Positions 1 to 10,621 of a stretch of DNA of 27,507 nt are shown piece after piece. The stretch is from an uncultured delta proteobacterium. Lineage in GTDB: Bacteria; Myxococcota; Myxococcia; Myxococcales; Myxococcaceae. The DNA lies in NCBI GenBank assembly GCA_963771175.1, contig CAVYSY010000004.1, positions 1-27,507 of the forward strand, read 5' to 3'. Every line of letters begins with the position of its first letter. The first letter of the stretch is position 1. Below the pieces are notes generated by a model. The model was not told the DNA's origin. It ran no database searches and worked only from the letters and a program-made list of their open reading frames with translations. The position numbers were made by a program, and so were the translations under genes.

Positions 1-144
1 TTGACGTACATGCGGGGACAGTTCGACAGCCCAAGCGAATACATCCGTGTCATTTCCGATTCGGGGTCCTGGTACCTCGGTGGCGCCTCCGCGCACTCGG
101 GAGTTGCCGCCAAGGCTCGCTGCTTCTGACCGAAGACGGCGGCG

Positions 145-420
145 TCACCGGGAGGGGATCGGCGAAGCCACCAGCATCTGCGAGAACAGCTCGCCCTTCT
201 GTCCCTCGGGGATGAGCGTCACCTTCGCGCCGCCCTCCAGGATCCGCTGGAGATCCAAGATCTCGAACATCGCCGACGCGACGGCCGGCTCCAGGGAGAT
301 CCGCTGGAGCGCCGCGCCGACGATCTGCGGGCGCAGGGCCGCCGCCTTGGCGAACTTGATGGCGGCCTGACGCTCGGCGGTGCTGGTGATGATGCTCCCC
401 CCTCCTGCTGGACATCGTGG
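145..420 (-). pseudogene. 3' fragment of a probable SPFH/band-7 family protein; 5' part absent
   Basis: High-GC3 frame GSIITSTAERQAAIKFAKAAALRPQIVGAALQRISLEPAVASAMFEILDLQRILEGGAKVTLIP...SR* resembles, from memory, the C-terminus of bacterial SPFH proteins. No credible start or upstream continuation beyond ~420. Confidence 0.5.
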
Positions 421-704
421 CCTACAACGATGATGAAGAAACCTCGACGGTGCTCGGCCAGTTGGCCCTGAGCGCCGATGGCCTGCTGGCCGTGCGCAGC
501 GCCGCGCCCGCCGCCAAGGACAAGGTGGACGAACTGGTGGCGCTGACCAACAACAAGCCAGGACTGCACATGGACGTGCCGCCATTGTCGGGCAGTCCGC
601 AGTTCGCGGTGGCCAGCCGCTTCGTGCAGCGCGGCGAGCCTGATTTCCTGGCGGCCCTGCAGGACCATGCCGAGAAGTACTACGGCTGGACCCTGGAACA
701 CTGA
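417..704 (+). CDS. Small hypothetical protein, start uncertain (possibly 5'-truncated)
   Basis: Coding-like codon bias ending ...DHAEKYYGWTLEH*. The frame is open back to a TGA at 390 and no RBS is visible. Confidence 0.55.
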   Translation: MAYNDDEETSTVLGQLALSADGLLAVRSAAPAAKDKVDELVALTNNKPGLHMDVPPLSGSPQFAVASRFVQRGEPDFLAALQDHAEKYYGWTLEH

Positions 705-764
705 GCTTCGATCCGCACAGCCCAAGCGGCCACGAACGCGCCCCTTCCCCACCATCCGACTGCT

Positions 765-1410
765 TCACTTCTCCAGAGCGGGGAACTCCCGGCCGGCGAT
801 CTTGCCCAGGGTCCGCGCGACCGTGGCCAGGCGCAGGATGGGCAGATCCGTCGGTGAGTCGCCGATGGCGAAGACCGGGCGCTCGGAGAATGAGCTGGCG
901 GGTGGCAATCACCTTGCCCTCACCACAAGTGCAGGGTGGCAGCAGCTCGTCACTCAGCCGCCCCTCCACCTCGCGCAGGCGCATGCCGACCACCCGCTCG
1001 ATGCCCATTCGCGTCGCCGCCACCCGCCCGAGCAACTCGGCCGAGCCCGTGAGGATCCAGACCCGGTGGCGCCGCGAGAGGGCCTGAGCCAGCTCGACGG
1101 TATGGGGGTTGAGCCGGACCTCGCCACGCTCCAGCACCTCGGTGCCGATCGCCTCGACCTCCGCGGGGCTCAGCCCGGCGAGGGCCTGGGCGGCCACGTC
1201 ACCCGCACCACACCAGTCGCGTGCCGCCAGCGCCTCGTAGGCGGCCCAGGGGTCCGTCGTCCCGAGAAGGGAGGCGGCCTTGGGCGGGAGCCGGTGCAGC
1301 AGCCGCCGCAGGGTGGCCTCGCCGATGTCGCCAACGAGCAGGGTGTTGTCGAGGTCGAAGACCGCATCTCCAGGCGGCAGCGCATCCAACTGGTCGAGCA
1401 GGGCTTTCAT
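765..1410 (-). CDS. HAD-superfamily hydrolase (IB / phosphoserine-phosphatase-like), frameshift near 889
   Basis: Motif I VFDLDNTL, motif II LTGS, motif III K (GEGKV). After removing one extra base the frame continues SERPVFAIGDSPTDLPIL (motif IV) to TGA at 765-767. Confidence 0.85.
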
Positions 1411-1535
1411 GGCGAGGACTCTATCCGCATCCGCTCCGAGCGAGGGGACCTCCAGATTTTCACCCGTATTTCTGGTATGACCCACTGTCCGGACTTTGTC
1501 CGGATCCCCCCTTCTCAATCATTCGAGAGGTTCCC

Positions 1536-2915
1536 ATGAGGTCATTCCCCCAAGCAGGGTTGGTCCTTGCCACCACCTGCGCCGTGCTGCTCGGCGCGAG
1601 TGGTGATGCCCACGCCGCTGCCGGCGTGGTCTTCGTCCACGGCACGGGCGACCAGTCGGTCAGCTCGGCCACCACCGGCTATTGGACGCAGTCGTCCATT
1701 GACACGATGCGCAACGGTCGGCCCTATCTGATCGTCGGCTATCCCGGAGCGAGCTGCGCTGGCTTCAGCCAGTGTAGCTGGGGCTCCATCGTCGACCAGA
1801 TCGTCCCCTGGGTGAACGCCAATGGCATCACCAGCATGACCGTCATCACCCACTCGAACGGCTCGAGCCCGCTGCGTTACATGCTCGGCCACACCGGTGC
1901 GGTGAGCGCCAAGGGCTACACGGTCAACACGGTGACGAGCAAGATTTCGCAGGTCATCTTCTCGGCGCCCGACCTGACGGGCACGCCGCTGGCGGACAAG
2001 GTGACGACGAGCGGCTCCTTCCTCAACATCGCCAACAGCGTCGTCGAGTTCTTCGGCGGTGGCAGCTACAACAACCCCGCCGTGGTGCAGCAGCGCACGG
2101 ACAACATGCGCGTCTACAACTCGAACGGCACCTTCGCCGGCCCCCAGGGGGCCACCTCGGTGGGCGGCAAGGCCATCTCCGTGGTACGCGGCAACCGCGT
2201 CTACGCCAACCTGTTCTCGAGCGACGCGCACTGCGGCGGCTACCTCTACTCCGTGGGCCTCAAGGCGGCGGCGCTGCTCGGCTGGGGCAGCTTCAGCGCC
2301 GGCACGGACGGCTTCATCGGCAACGACAGCTCGGGCTACTTCGGCAACATCATCATCGACGACGGTCGCCTCAACCACCACCAGTCGCGCCGCAGCTGCC
2401 ACAACAGCGGCAACATCATCGCGCAGAAGGTGGCCAACGCCCCCATCCCCGCCCCCGCGAACCAGACCTACGCCCCCGAGACCACGGTGCAGGCCGCCGC
2501 CCAGGCCTGCAACAACTTCTACTCGGGCTACGCGACGGACTTCATGACCGGCAACACGGTCTGGAAGTACGGCTGCTCCTCCAGCCAGCTCAACAACGGC
2601 TACATGGAGCCCGACTGCCTCATCGCCTACGGCTAGTCCAGCGGCTACCGCGTCCCGAGCACGGAGAGCTGGAACCCCTTCCTCAATCCCGCCTACTACC
2701 CGACCTGGTACGAGGTCTGCCCCGACTCGTGGCAGGGCGACGGTATCTGCGACGCGTGCCTGGTGGCCAAGTACGGCTTCGACGCCACCACCGGCTCGAC
2801 GGGCTCCAACGACTGCGTGCAGGCGCCTCCGGGTGGCTCCAACTGGTGCGGGGCCCTCGCCTGGGACACCTACTACGGCTTCCACAACTACACCGTCGTT
2901 CAGGCGCTTCACTAA
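1536..2915 (+). CDS. Secreted alpha/beta-hydrolase (lipase-like) with Cys-rich C-terminal extension; internal in-frame TAG at 2634-2636
   Basis: RBS GAGAGG, signal peptide ending AHA-A, VFVHG oxyanion motif, ITHSNG nucleophile elbow, candidate Asp (GTDG) and His (LNHH). The same frame continues with coding bias for 92 codons past the TAG to TAA at 2913-2915. Confidence 0.75.
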
Positions 2916-2936
2916 GACCCGAGAAAGAGAACGACC

Positions 2937-4319
2937 ATGAACTTCAACCGTTTCTTCGTTCGTTCCGCCGGCCTGTCGCTGGCGGTTGTCCTCCTCGGGG
3001 GTTTCACCCCGGAGCGCGCCATGGCTGCCAACATGCGGAGTGCCTCGGGTGCCGCGCTCGCCCCGGGTGATGTCGCCCCGGGCCGGCTGTACGCCCGCGA
3101 CGCCACCGAGGGCATCGGCCCCGGCCGCGTCTCGGTGTCCAACCCGGCCTCGCCGAAGCTGCCGCTCGCGGCGCCGCTCGCGCCCGAGACCCGGCGCTCG
3201 AAGTCGACCGTGCTGCACGTGGCCCCGCGCTCGGCGGCCACGCAGCTCGAGCTGCCGATCGACGCGCCCGACGAGGCGTGGATCATGATCATCCCCAAGG
3301 GCAACAACGCCAAGGCGGGTGAGGACGCGCTGCGCGACGTGGTGCTGTTCGACGCGAAGGGCGTCCGTGCGGACAGGCGGGCCATGCGCGATGCGGAGAC
3401 CCAGATGGGCGTGGACCCGACGCGCTTGAAGGCCGAGGGCATCCTCAAGCCCATCGCGATGCTGCGGCTGAACCGCGACATGGGTCGCGGCAAGTACAAG
3501 GTGCAGATCGGCGCCAAGGCGGCCGAGCTGGGAGTGGCCGTCGAGGTACGCGTGCCCTCCTCGACCATCGAGCTGTCGCTCACGGCGTCCGCGATGCAGC
3601 TCTTCCCGGGCGACGATGGCTACGTGACGGTGGGCCTGCAGTCGGAGGCGCCGGTGGACCACGTGCGCTACGAGGCCTCGCTCTACAACCCGCGCTTCGA
3701 GCGTGAGCGCACGGTGCCGGTGGTGAAGGTGGGCAACGAGTACCGCGCGATGGTTTCTCGGGCGATGAACGAGAAGGACGAGACGGGCGCGTGGGTGCTC
3801 GAGGTGCGCGCGGTGGGCTCGGCGGGCGGGCAGGACTTCGACCGCCTGGGGCAGACCGCCTTCGGCTTCGCGGTGCCGACGGCGCGCATCGCCTCGGTGG
3901 GCAAGGAGCGCCTGGTGCGTGACGCGGGCGGCAAGGTGACGGCGCTCGAGGTGGACGTGGTGCTCGATAGCCAGTCGCTCGATCGTTACGAGGTGACGGG
4001 CACGCTCGTGGCGACGGATGCCAAGGGCGTCGAGCGTCCGGTGGCCGAGGCGCAGGTGACGGACCAGCTCGCCGCGGGCACGCACACGCTGACGCTGCGC
4101 TTCGAGGCGGGCCACGCGGGCCTGTCCAAGCTCGACGGCAGCTACGCGCTGCGCGGGCTGCAGCTCTACTCGCTCGGTACCAACACCCTGTACCACCGCC
4201 TCGCCAAGGGCCTGGACCTCCGCTTCCCGGCGGTGCGCGCCTCCGAGCTGGCGGCCGCCGAGGTGACGCCCGCCATCGAGAGCATGGTGCGCGCGGGCGA
4301 GTTCGACATCGGCCAGTAG
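2937..4319 (+). CDS. Secreted DUF4785-like beta-sandwich protein
   Basis: Signal peptide; C-terminal pattern AFGFAVPTARI...RYEVTGTLV...RPVAEA...LAAGTHTLTLRF...YALRGLQL resembles DUF4785 from memory. Starts 21 bp after the hydrolase. Confidence 0.6.
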   Translation: MNFNRFFVRSAGLSLAVVLLGGFTPERAMAANMRSASGAALAPGDVAPGRLYARDATEGIGPGRVSVSNPASPKLPLAAPLAPETRRSKSTVLHVAPRSAATQLELPIDAPDEAWIMIIPKGNNAKAGEDALRDVVLFDAKGVRADRRAMRDAETQMGVDPTRLKAEGILKPIAMLRLNRDMGRGKYKVQIGAKAAELGVAVEVRVPSSTIELSLTASAMQLFPGDDGYVTVGLQSEAPVDHVRYEASLYNPRFERERTVPVVKVGNEYRAMVSRAMNEKDETGAWVLEVRAVGSAGGQDFDRLGQTAFGFAVPTARIASVGKERLVRDAGGKVTALEVDVVLDSQSLDRYEVTGTLVATDAKGVERPVAEAQVTDQLAAGTHTLTLRFEAGHAGLSKLDGSYALRGLQLYSLGTNTLYHRLAKGLDLRFPAVRASELAAAEVTPAIESMVRAGEFDIGQ

Positions 4320-4327
4320 GCCATTGA

Positions 4328-4362
4328 GTCCGGGGGCACGGGCCACGACCCTGCCCCCGGAC
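4328..4362 (+). terminator. GC-rich hairpin after the DUF4785-like gene (no U tract)
   Basis: GTCCGGGGGCA(C)GGG / CCCTGCCCCCGGAC inverted repeat 8 bp after the stop codon. Confidence 0.5.
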
Positions 4363-4483
4363 CCTCCCGCCCACAGTGTTGCTTGGGTGATACCGACGGA
4401 AAGGGACGCGTGTGCCGTCCCTCGTCGACCGGCAATCTCCTCCGCGTGGAGCGCGCACATCCACCGCGCACCCGGAGGCCCCC

Positions 4484-5470
4484 ATGAACCGGAGAGAGTT
4501 TCTCGAAGCCACGCTCGCGCTGATGGTTGCTCCGAGCGCCATTGCCGCGACCAAGCCATCCTCGGCTCGACCGGTGTCGCGACGGAAGCTGGGGCGCACG
4601 GGCGAGCAGGTCTCCTGTATCGGCGTTGGCGGCTTCCACATCGGCACGCAGAAGACCGAGGCGGAGAGCGTCCGGCTCATCCGGCGCGCGCTCGACAACG
4701 GGATCAACTTCCTCGACAACTGCTGGGACTACAACGAGGGACAGAGTGAGCTCCGGATGGGCAAGGCCCTCCAGGACGGCTACCGATCCAAGGCGTTCCT
4801 GATGACCAAGTTCGACGGCCGGGACAAGAAGACGGCCATCAAGCAGATCGACGAGTCGCTCAAGCGGCTCCAGACCGACCACCTCGATCTGCTGCAGTTG
4901 CATGAGGTCATCCATGAAAACGACCCGGAACGCACCTTCGCCGAGGGTGGCGCGATCGAGGCGATGGTCGAGGCACAGAAGGCAGGCAAGACACGCTTCC
5001 TCGGGTTCACCGGGCACAAGTCGCCCGGCATGCACCTGGAGATGCTCGAGATGGCGAAGAAGCAGGGTTTCCGCTTCGACGCCGTGCAGATGCCACTCAA
5101 CGTGATGGACGCCCACTTCGACAGCTTCGAGAAGCAGGTCCTGCCGGTTCTCGTGCGAGAGGAGATCGGTGTCCTCGGCATGAAACCAATGGGGGGCAAC
5201 CTCATCCTGGAGAGCAAGACGGTGAATGCTCCGGAGTGCCTACGCTACAGCCTGTCTCTGCCTGTCAGCGTGGTGATCACCGGCATGGATTCGCGAGAGC
5301 AGGTGGATCAGGCGATCAAGGTCGCGCGTGACTTCAAGCCGCTCTCGGAAAAGGAGGTGGAGGCACTGCTCGCGCGAACCGAGAAGGCCGCGAAGGACGG
5401 TGCCTTCGAGAAGTACAAGACCAGCCAGCGCTTCGACGGCACGGCCAGGCACCCGGAGTGGCTGGGTTAG
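4484..5470 (+). CDS. Aldo/keto reductase with twin-arginine signal peptide
   Basis: [76 protein letters not shown]. Confidence 0.92.
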   Translation: MNRREFLEATLALMVAPSAIAATKPSSARPVSRRKLGRTGEQVSCIGVGGFHIGTQKTEAESVRLIRRALDNGINFLDNCWDYNEGQSELRMGKALQDGYRSKAFLMTKFDGRDKKTAIKQIDESLKRLQTDHLDLLQLHEVIHENDPERTFAEGGAIEAMVEAQKAGKTRFLGFTGHKSPGMHLEMLEMAKKQGFRFDAVQMPLNVMDAHFDSFEKQVLPVLVREEIGVLGMKPMGGNLILESKTVNAPECLRYSLSLPVSVVITGMDSREQVDQAIKVARDFKPLSEKEVEALLARTEKAAKDGAFEKYKTSQRFDGTARHPEWLG

Positions 5471-7128
5471 ACCGCTCCGGTACGCACGGTGAAGTCGCCA
5501 AACCCCTCCCCGGGTAGCCGCTCACGCGCATAGGCGGCGAACAACGGCTCGAGCGCCGCCAGGATGCCGGCCTCGTCGATGTTCTCGCGGAACAGGCGGT
5601 TGAGGCGCTGCCCCCGCCTGTCGCCACCGAGGAAGAGGTTGTAGCGGCCGGGCGCCTTCCCCACGAGGGCGATCTCCGCGAGGTAGGGCCGGGCGCAGCC
5701 GTTCGGGCACCCGGTGATGCGCAGCAGGATGTTCTCGTCCGCGAGCCCATGCGCCGCGAGGCGCTCCTCCAGCAGGCCCACCACCGTCGGCAGGTAGCGC
5801 TCGGCCTCGGCCATGGCCAGGGCGCACGTCGGCAGGGCCACGCAGGCGAGCGCGTTGCGGCGCAGGGGGCTCGCGCGCTTGAAGCCGGCGAGGCCATGCG
5901 CCTCCACCAGGGCCTCGATGGCCGGGCGGTCCTCCGGGGCAATCCTGGCGATGACCAGGTTCTGGTTGGGCGTGAGGCGGAAGTCGCCCTTGTGGATGCC
6001 GGCGATCTCCCGCAGACCGGTCAGGTGCTGCTGGCCCTCGCGATCCGCCACGCGGCCGCTGTCGATATGGAGCGTCAGGTTCCAGCGCCCGTCGTGGCCC
6101 TGGAGCCAGCCGAAGCGGTCGCCGTTGTGCTCGAACGCGAACGGGCGCGCGGGCTGGAGGGCGTAGCCGAGCCGCGTCTCCAGCTCGGAGATGAACCAGG
6201 CGATGCCGCGATCCTCGATGGTGTACTTGAGGCGCGCGTGCTTGCGGTTGGTGCGGTCACCATGGTCACGCTGGACCTTCACCACGTTCTCCGCGACCTC
6301 GAGGAGCTGCTCGGGGCGGATGAAACCAATCACATCCGCGAGCCGGGGGAAGGTCGCGGCATCACCGTGCGTGGCGCCCATGCCACCGCCGACCAGGACG
6401 TTGAAGCCGACCAACTCCTCGCCCTCGATGATGGCGATGAAGCCGAGGTCCTGCGAGAAGATGTCCACGTCGTTGAGGGGCGGCACCGTGATGCCCGCCT
6501 TGAACTTCCGAGGCAGGTAGGTGGCGCCGTAGATGGGCTCCTCCTCGCCACCGGCCACCTTCTCCTTGTCCAGCCAGATCTCGTAGTAGGCGCGAGTCTT
6601 CGGGAGCAGGTGCTCGGAGAGGCGAATGGCCCACTGGTGCACCACCTCGTGCGCCCGCGAGTCCACCGGGTTGGGGTTGCACATCACGTTGCGATTGACG
6701 TCACCGCAGGCGGCGATGCTGTCGAGCAGCGCGGCATTCATCCCCTGAAGGGTGCGCTTCATGTCCCCCTTGAACACGCCGTGAAGCTGGAAGGCCTGGC
6801 GCGTGGTCACGCGCAGCGTCCCATTGGCGTACGTGCGGGCGAGCTCATCCAGGACGAGCCACTGCTTCGGGGTGCACACGCCTCCCGGCAGGCGGGTGCG
6901 GATCATGAAGCTGTAGGCCGGCTCGAGCTTCTGCTGCCGGCGCTCCTCGCGCAGATCGCGATCGTCCTGCTGGTAGCTGCCGTGGAACTTGATGAGCTGG
7001 GTGTCGGCCGGGGCGATGGCGCCCGTGAGCGGATCCGCCAGGCTCTCGGCCAGGGTGCCGCGCAGCAGGTTGCTCCGCGCCTTGATGTGCTCCACCTCGG
7101 AGAGGACCGGAGTCGGGTTCTTGCTCAT
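5467..7128 (-). CDS. cysI: NADPH-dependent sulfite reductase, hemoprotein subunit
   Basis: [48 protein letters not shown] and TGCPNGC siroheme/4Fe-4S ligands. Confidence 0.97.
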   Translation of the reverse strand: MSKNPTPVLSEVEHIKARSNLLRGTLAESLADPLTGAIAPADTQLIKFHGSYQQDDRDLREERRQQKLEPAYSFMIRTRLPGGVCTPKQWLVLDELARTYANGTLRVTTRQAFQLHGVFKGDMKRTLQGMNAALLDSIAACGDVNRNVMCNPNPVDSRAHEVVHQWAIRLSEHLLPKTRAYYEIWLDKEKVAGGEEEPIYGATYLPRKFKAGITVPPLNDVDIFSQDLGFIAIIEGEELVGFNVLVGGGMGATHGDAATFPRLADVIGFIRPEQLLEVAENVVKVQRDHGDRTNRKHARLKYTIEDRGIAWFISELETRLGYALQPARPFAFEHNGDRFGWLQGHDGRWNLTLHIDSGRVADREGQQHLTGLREIAGIHKGDFRLTPNQNLVIARIAPEDRPAIEALVEAHGLAGFKRASPLRRNALACVALPTCALAMAEAERYLPTVVGLLEERLAAHGLADENILLRITGCPNGCARPYLAEIALVGKAPGRYNLFLGGDRRGQRLNRLFRENIDEAGILAALEPLFAAYARERLPGEGFGDFTVRTGAV

Positions 7129-7140
7129 GATGTGTCTCTC

Positions 7141-8966
7141 TCAGTAGACGTCGCGCTGGTAGCGCTGCTGCTCGCGCAGGGATTCGAGGTGGGCTCGCGC
7201 GTCCTCGCGGCTCTTGCCGCCGTGGGTCGCGAGGATGTCGATCAGGGCCTCATGGACGTCCTTCGCCATGCGCTGGGCATCGCCGCAGACGTAGAGATGG
7301 GCTCCGCCCTCCAGCCACTCGTAGAGCTCGCGGCCCTTCTCGTGCAGGCGGTGCTGGACGTAGACCTTCTGGCCCTGGTCTCGCGAGAAGGCGAGGTCGA
7401 TCCGGTGCAGCTCGCCCTTCTTCACGGCCTCCTGCCACTCGGCCTGGTAGAGGAACTGGGTGCGGAAGTGCTGCTCGCCGAAGAAGAGCCAGTTGCGGCC
7501 GCTCGCACCGGTCTCCGCGCGCTCCTGCACGAAGGCGCGGAACGGGGCCACGCCCGTGCCAGGGCCGATCATGATGATGTCGCGGCTCGGCTCCTTGGGA
7601 AGACGGAAACGCTCGTTGGACTCGATGAAGACGTTCACCGTGTCCTGGGTGGCACCGCGCGTCGCCAGGTAGTACGAGGCGGCCCCCATGTGGCGAGAGC
7701 CGAAGGCCTCATAGTCCACCACGCCCACCGTCAGGTGGACCTCCTCCCCTACCCGCTTCTGGCTGGAGGCGATGGAGTAGAGCCGAGGCGTCAGTCGGCG
7801 CAGCGCCCCCACCAGCTCCTCCGCGCTCCACGTCGCGGGATGCGCGCGGAGCACATCGATGACCTGATGGTCGCGAGCAACGTGCGCAGGGCCTCGGCCC
7901 CTTCCGGCGCGAGCAGGCGCTGGAGCTCCGCACTGCCGGAGCGCGCGGCGTGGCTCACCAGGAACGGGCGGCTCACGCGGGTGATCTCCAGCACCTCCGC
8001 CAGCCACCGCTTCAGCGGGAGGATGCGGCCCTCGCGCGTCACCTCGGTGGCGCCATCCAGCTTCAGCTCGGAGAGCAGCGCGGCGACCAGCTCCGGCGGG
8101 TTGTGGGGCAACACCCCGAGGGCATCGCCCGGCTCGTAGGTCAGGCCCGAGCCCTCCAGCGACAGCTCGAGGTGACGGACGTCCTTGAGGGCCCCGCGCC
8201 CGGTGATGCGCTGGTTGCTCAGCACGAGGGACGGATAGGGATTCTCGCGGCTGAAGGTGGGGGTCGCCGCCACGGTGCGCAGCGGCGTGACCTTGGCCAG
8301 CGAAGGCTGTGGCGCGAGCTCCGTCCGCGCGCGCTCCAGGGCCTCGCCAATCCAGGCCTCGGCGGTCGGCTCGAAGTCCACGTCGCAGTCGGCCCGCGCG
8401 ACCAACCGCGTGGCACCGAGCTCGGCGAAGCGCGCGTCGAGGACGCGGCCGATCTCGCAGTATTTGGGGTAGCTCGAATCGCCCAGCCCCAGCACCGAGA
8501 ACCGGAGCTGCCCAAGCGCCGGCGCGCGCTTGCCCAGCACGAACTCGCAGAAGCCGCGCGCGTCATCCGGGGGATCTCCGTCGCCCTGGGTGCTGATCAC
8601 CACGTACAAGAGCCGCTCGTTCTTCAGCTCGCGCACGGGGTACTCGCTGGCGCGGAAGCTGCGCACCGCGAGGCCCGCGGCCTCCGCCTTCTGCTTCAAG
8701 CGGTCGGCCAGCAGCCGGCTGTTCCCGGTCTGGGTGCCGTAGACGAGGGTGAGCGAGCCCTGCGGCGTGGCCTGGGGCACCACCACCGCGGGCTGGGCGG
8801 ATGTGGCCGGAGCCTGCCGGGCCGCGAGGCCGGCGAAGTACCCGCTCAGCCAGGTGAGCGCCGAGGGCTCGAGTCCCTCGGTCAGGCGCTGCAGCAGCGA
8901 GCCCTTCTCCTCACCGAGCTGGGCGGCCAGGGTGGCTATGGAGGAAACAATCCCGGGGGAAGTCAC
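7141..8966 (-). CDS. cysJ: Sulfite reductase flavoprotein subunit, frameshift near 7865
   Basis: Flavodoxin motifs GTQTGNS and STQGDGDPP in ORF 7791..8966; RLYSIASS, MIGPGTGVAPF and RYQRDVY in ORF 7141..8007. Confidence 0.95.
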
Positions 8967-10621
8967 GGCGTCGTCTCCTGAGCGGCCAGGACCTGCTTCA
9001 CCTGGCGCTCCAGGTCATGAGAGGGCTCCAGCTCGAGCCACGGGGTGCTGGCGCCGCGGAGCTGGTCACGCAGTCCCAGCCGTGCCTGCGGTACGGGGGA
9101 GTAGAGGATGGCGAGCAGTCCCGCCTCGGCCAGCGCGAGAGCGGCGTCCGCATCGCCCCGGACGAGGGCCACGTGTCGTCCCTGCTCGAACAGGGACCGC
9201 TCCAGGCGCAGTGCCCCCTGCTCCACCTCCGGGCTGCCCGCCAGGAGGATGACGGCACCGGACTGACCGAGGCGCTCGCGACGCTCCTCGGCGGAGATGA
9301 GGGACTTCGTCTCCTGAGCGCCCTCGTCCCCCACGGGCCCGAGGATCATCCCCGCCGCGACCGTGTCATTGCTGAGCGGGTCGACAACGATGAAGGCCCC
9401 CGTCCGCCGGTTGTCCTGGTAGGGGTCGCACAGCAGCGGGCGCTTGCAGATGAGGCGGACCTTGCCGATCTCGTTGAGCGACAGGGTCCGCGCGGGCACC
9501 TCGGACAGGTCCTCCAGCTCCTTGCGCCAGTGGATCTGCTCGACGTGGGCCGGGACGTACTTCGAGGTGTGCTTCACGAGGTAGCGGCGCGAGACGTCCA
9601 GCGGCTGCTCGCCAAACCACACCAGCATGGCCTCCAACCGCTGGAGCACCATCGGGGGCTGCTCGACGTGCGCGATGAGGTCTCCCCGGCTCACGTCCAC
9701 CTCGTCCGCCAGACGCAGCGTGACCGAGGACGGCGCACTGGCCTCCTGGAGGCCGCCGTCGAAGGTATCAATGGCGGCGATGCTCGTTCGCCGCTTCGAG
9801 GGGAGAACCACCACCTCGTCACCCACGCGCACGGTGCCGGAGGCGAGCTGCCCGGCGAACCCGCGGTAGTCCAGGTTCGGCCTCAGCACGTACTGAACAG
9901 GGAAGCGCAGGGACGCACCCTCCAGCCGACGCTGGTGCGGCAGGGACTCCAGCCACCCGAGGAGCGTCTCCCCGTCGTGCCACGGCGTGCGAGCACTCGG
10001 GAGGGTGATGTTGTCCCCGGCGCGCGCGCTGACGGGGAAGAAGCGGACCTGCTCGAAGCCGAGCGTGCTGGCGAACGCGGTGAACTCCGTCGAGAGGCGC
10101 TCGAAGAGGGCGGGGTCGAAGCCCATCAGGTCCATCTTGTTGATGGCTACCGCCAGGTAGGGAATGCCGAGCAGCGAGGCGATGTACGCGTGCCGCCGCG
10201 TCTGCGGGAGGATGCCCAGGCGCGCGTCCACCAGGATGACCGCCGCGTCGGCCGTGGAGGCGCCGGTGGCCATGTTGCGCGTGTACTGCAGGTGTCCCGG
10301 CGTGTCGGCGACGATCACCTTGCGCCGACGCGTGGAGAAGTAGCGGTAGGCCACGTCGATGGTGATGCCCTGCTCGCGCTCGGCGCGCAGACCATCGGTG
10401 AAGAGCGAGAAGTCGATCTCCCCGCCCGCGCTGGCGCGCTTCACCGCGGCCACCTGGTCCTCGAACAGGCCGTTGCACTCGTAGAGGAGCCGGCCGATCA
10501 GCGTGGACTTCCCGTCGTCCACCGAGCCCACCACCACGAGCCGGAGCAGTTCCTTCTCGTAGTGCTCGGCGAGGAAGCCCTGGAGGTCCTGGCTGTCTTG
10601 CAGTTGCAGTGCGGCGGTCAT
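8963..10621 (-). CDS. cysN: Sulfate adenylyltransferase subunit 1 with degenerate APS-kinase-like tail
   Basis: GSVDDGKSTLIGRLL, AEREQGITIDVAYRYF, DTPGH, NKMD. Confidence 0.95.
   Translation of the reverse strand: MTAALQLQDSQDLQGFLAEHYEKELLRLVVVGSVDDGKSTLIGRLLYECNGLFEDQVAAVKRASAGGEIDFSLFTDGLRAEREQGITIDVAYRYFSTRRRKVIVADTPGHLQYTRNMATGASTADAAVILVDARLGILPQTRRHAYIASLLGIPYLAVAINKMDLMGFDPALFERLSTEFTAFASTLGFEQVRFFPVSARAGDNITLPSARTPWHDGETLLGWLESLPHQRRLEGASLRFPVQYVLRPNLDYRGFAGQLASGTVRVGDEVVVLPSKRRTSIAAIDTFDGGLQEASAPSSVTLRLADEVDVSRGDLIAHVEQPPMVLQRLEAMLVWFGEQPLDVSRRYLVKHTSKYVPAHVEQIHWRKELEDLSEVPARTLSLNEIGKVRLICKRPLLCDPYQDNRRTGAFIVVDPLSNDTVAAGMILGPVGDEGAQETKSLISAEERRERLGQSGAVILLAGSPEVEQGALRLERSLFEQGRHVALVRGDADAALALAEAGLLAILYSPVPQARLGLRDQLRGASTPWLELEPSHDLERQVKQVLAAQETTP

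Noticed and set aside
145..1518. Single 457-aa ORF fusing the HAD domain to the SPFH-like tail
   Set aside because: Artefact of the frameshift at ~889; the HAD gene has its own motif IV and stop at 765.
2634..2636. Pyrrolysine or genome-wide TAG recoding
   Set aside because: No pyl genes in the window, and TAG terminates several other genes normally (e.g. 4319, 15774, 26838).
1542..4559. 1005-aa minus-strand ORF and other long antisense ORFs (5749..8139, 9017..10624, 19355..21712, 24568..26355)
   Set aside because: Shadow frames of real high-GC genes, with no motifs.
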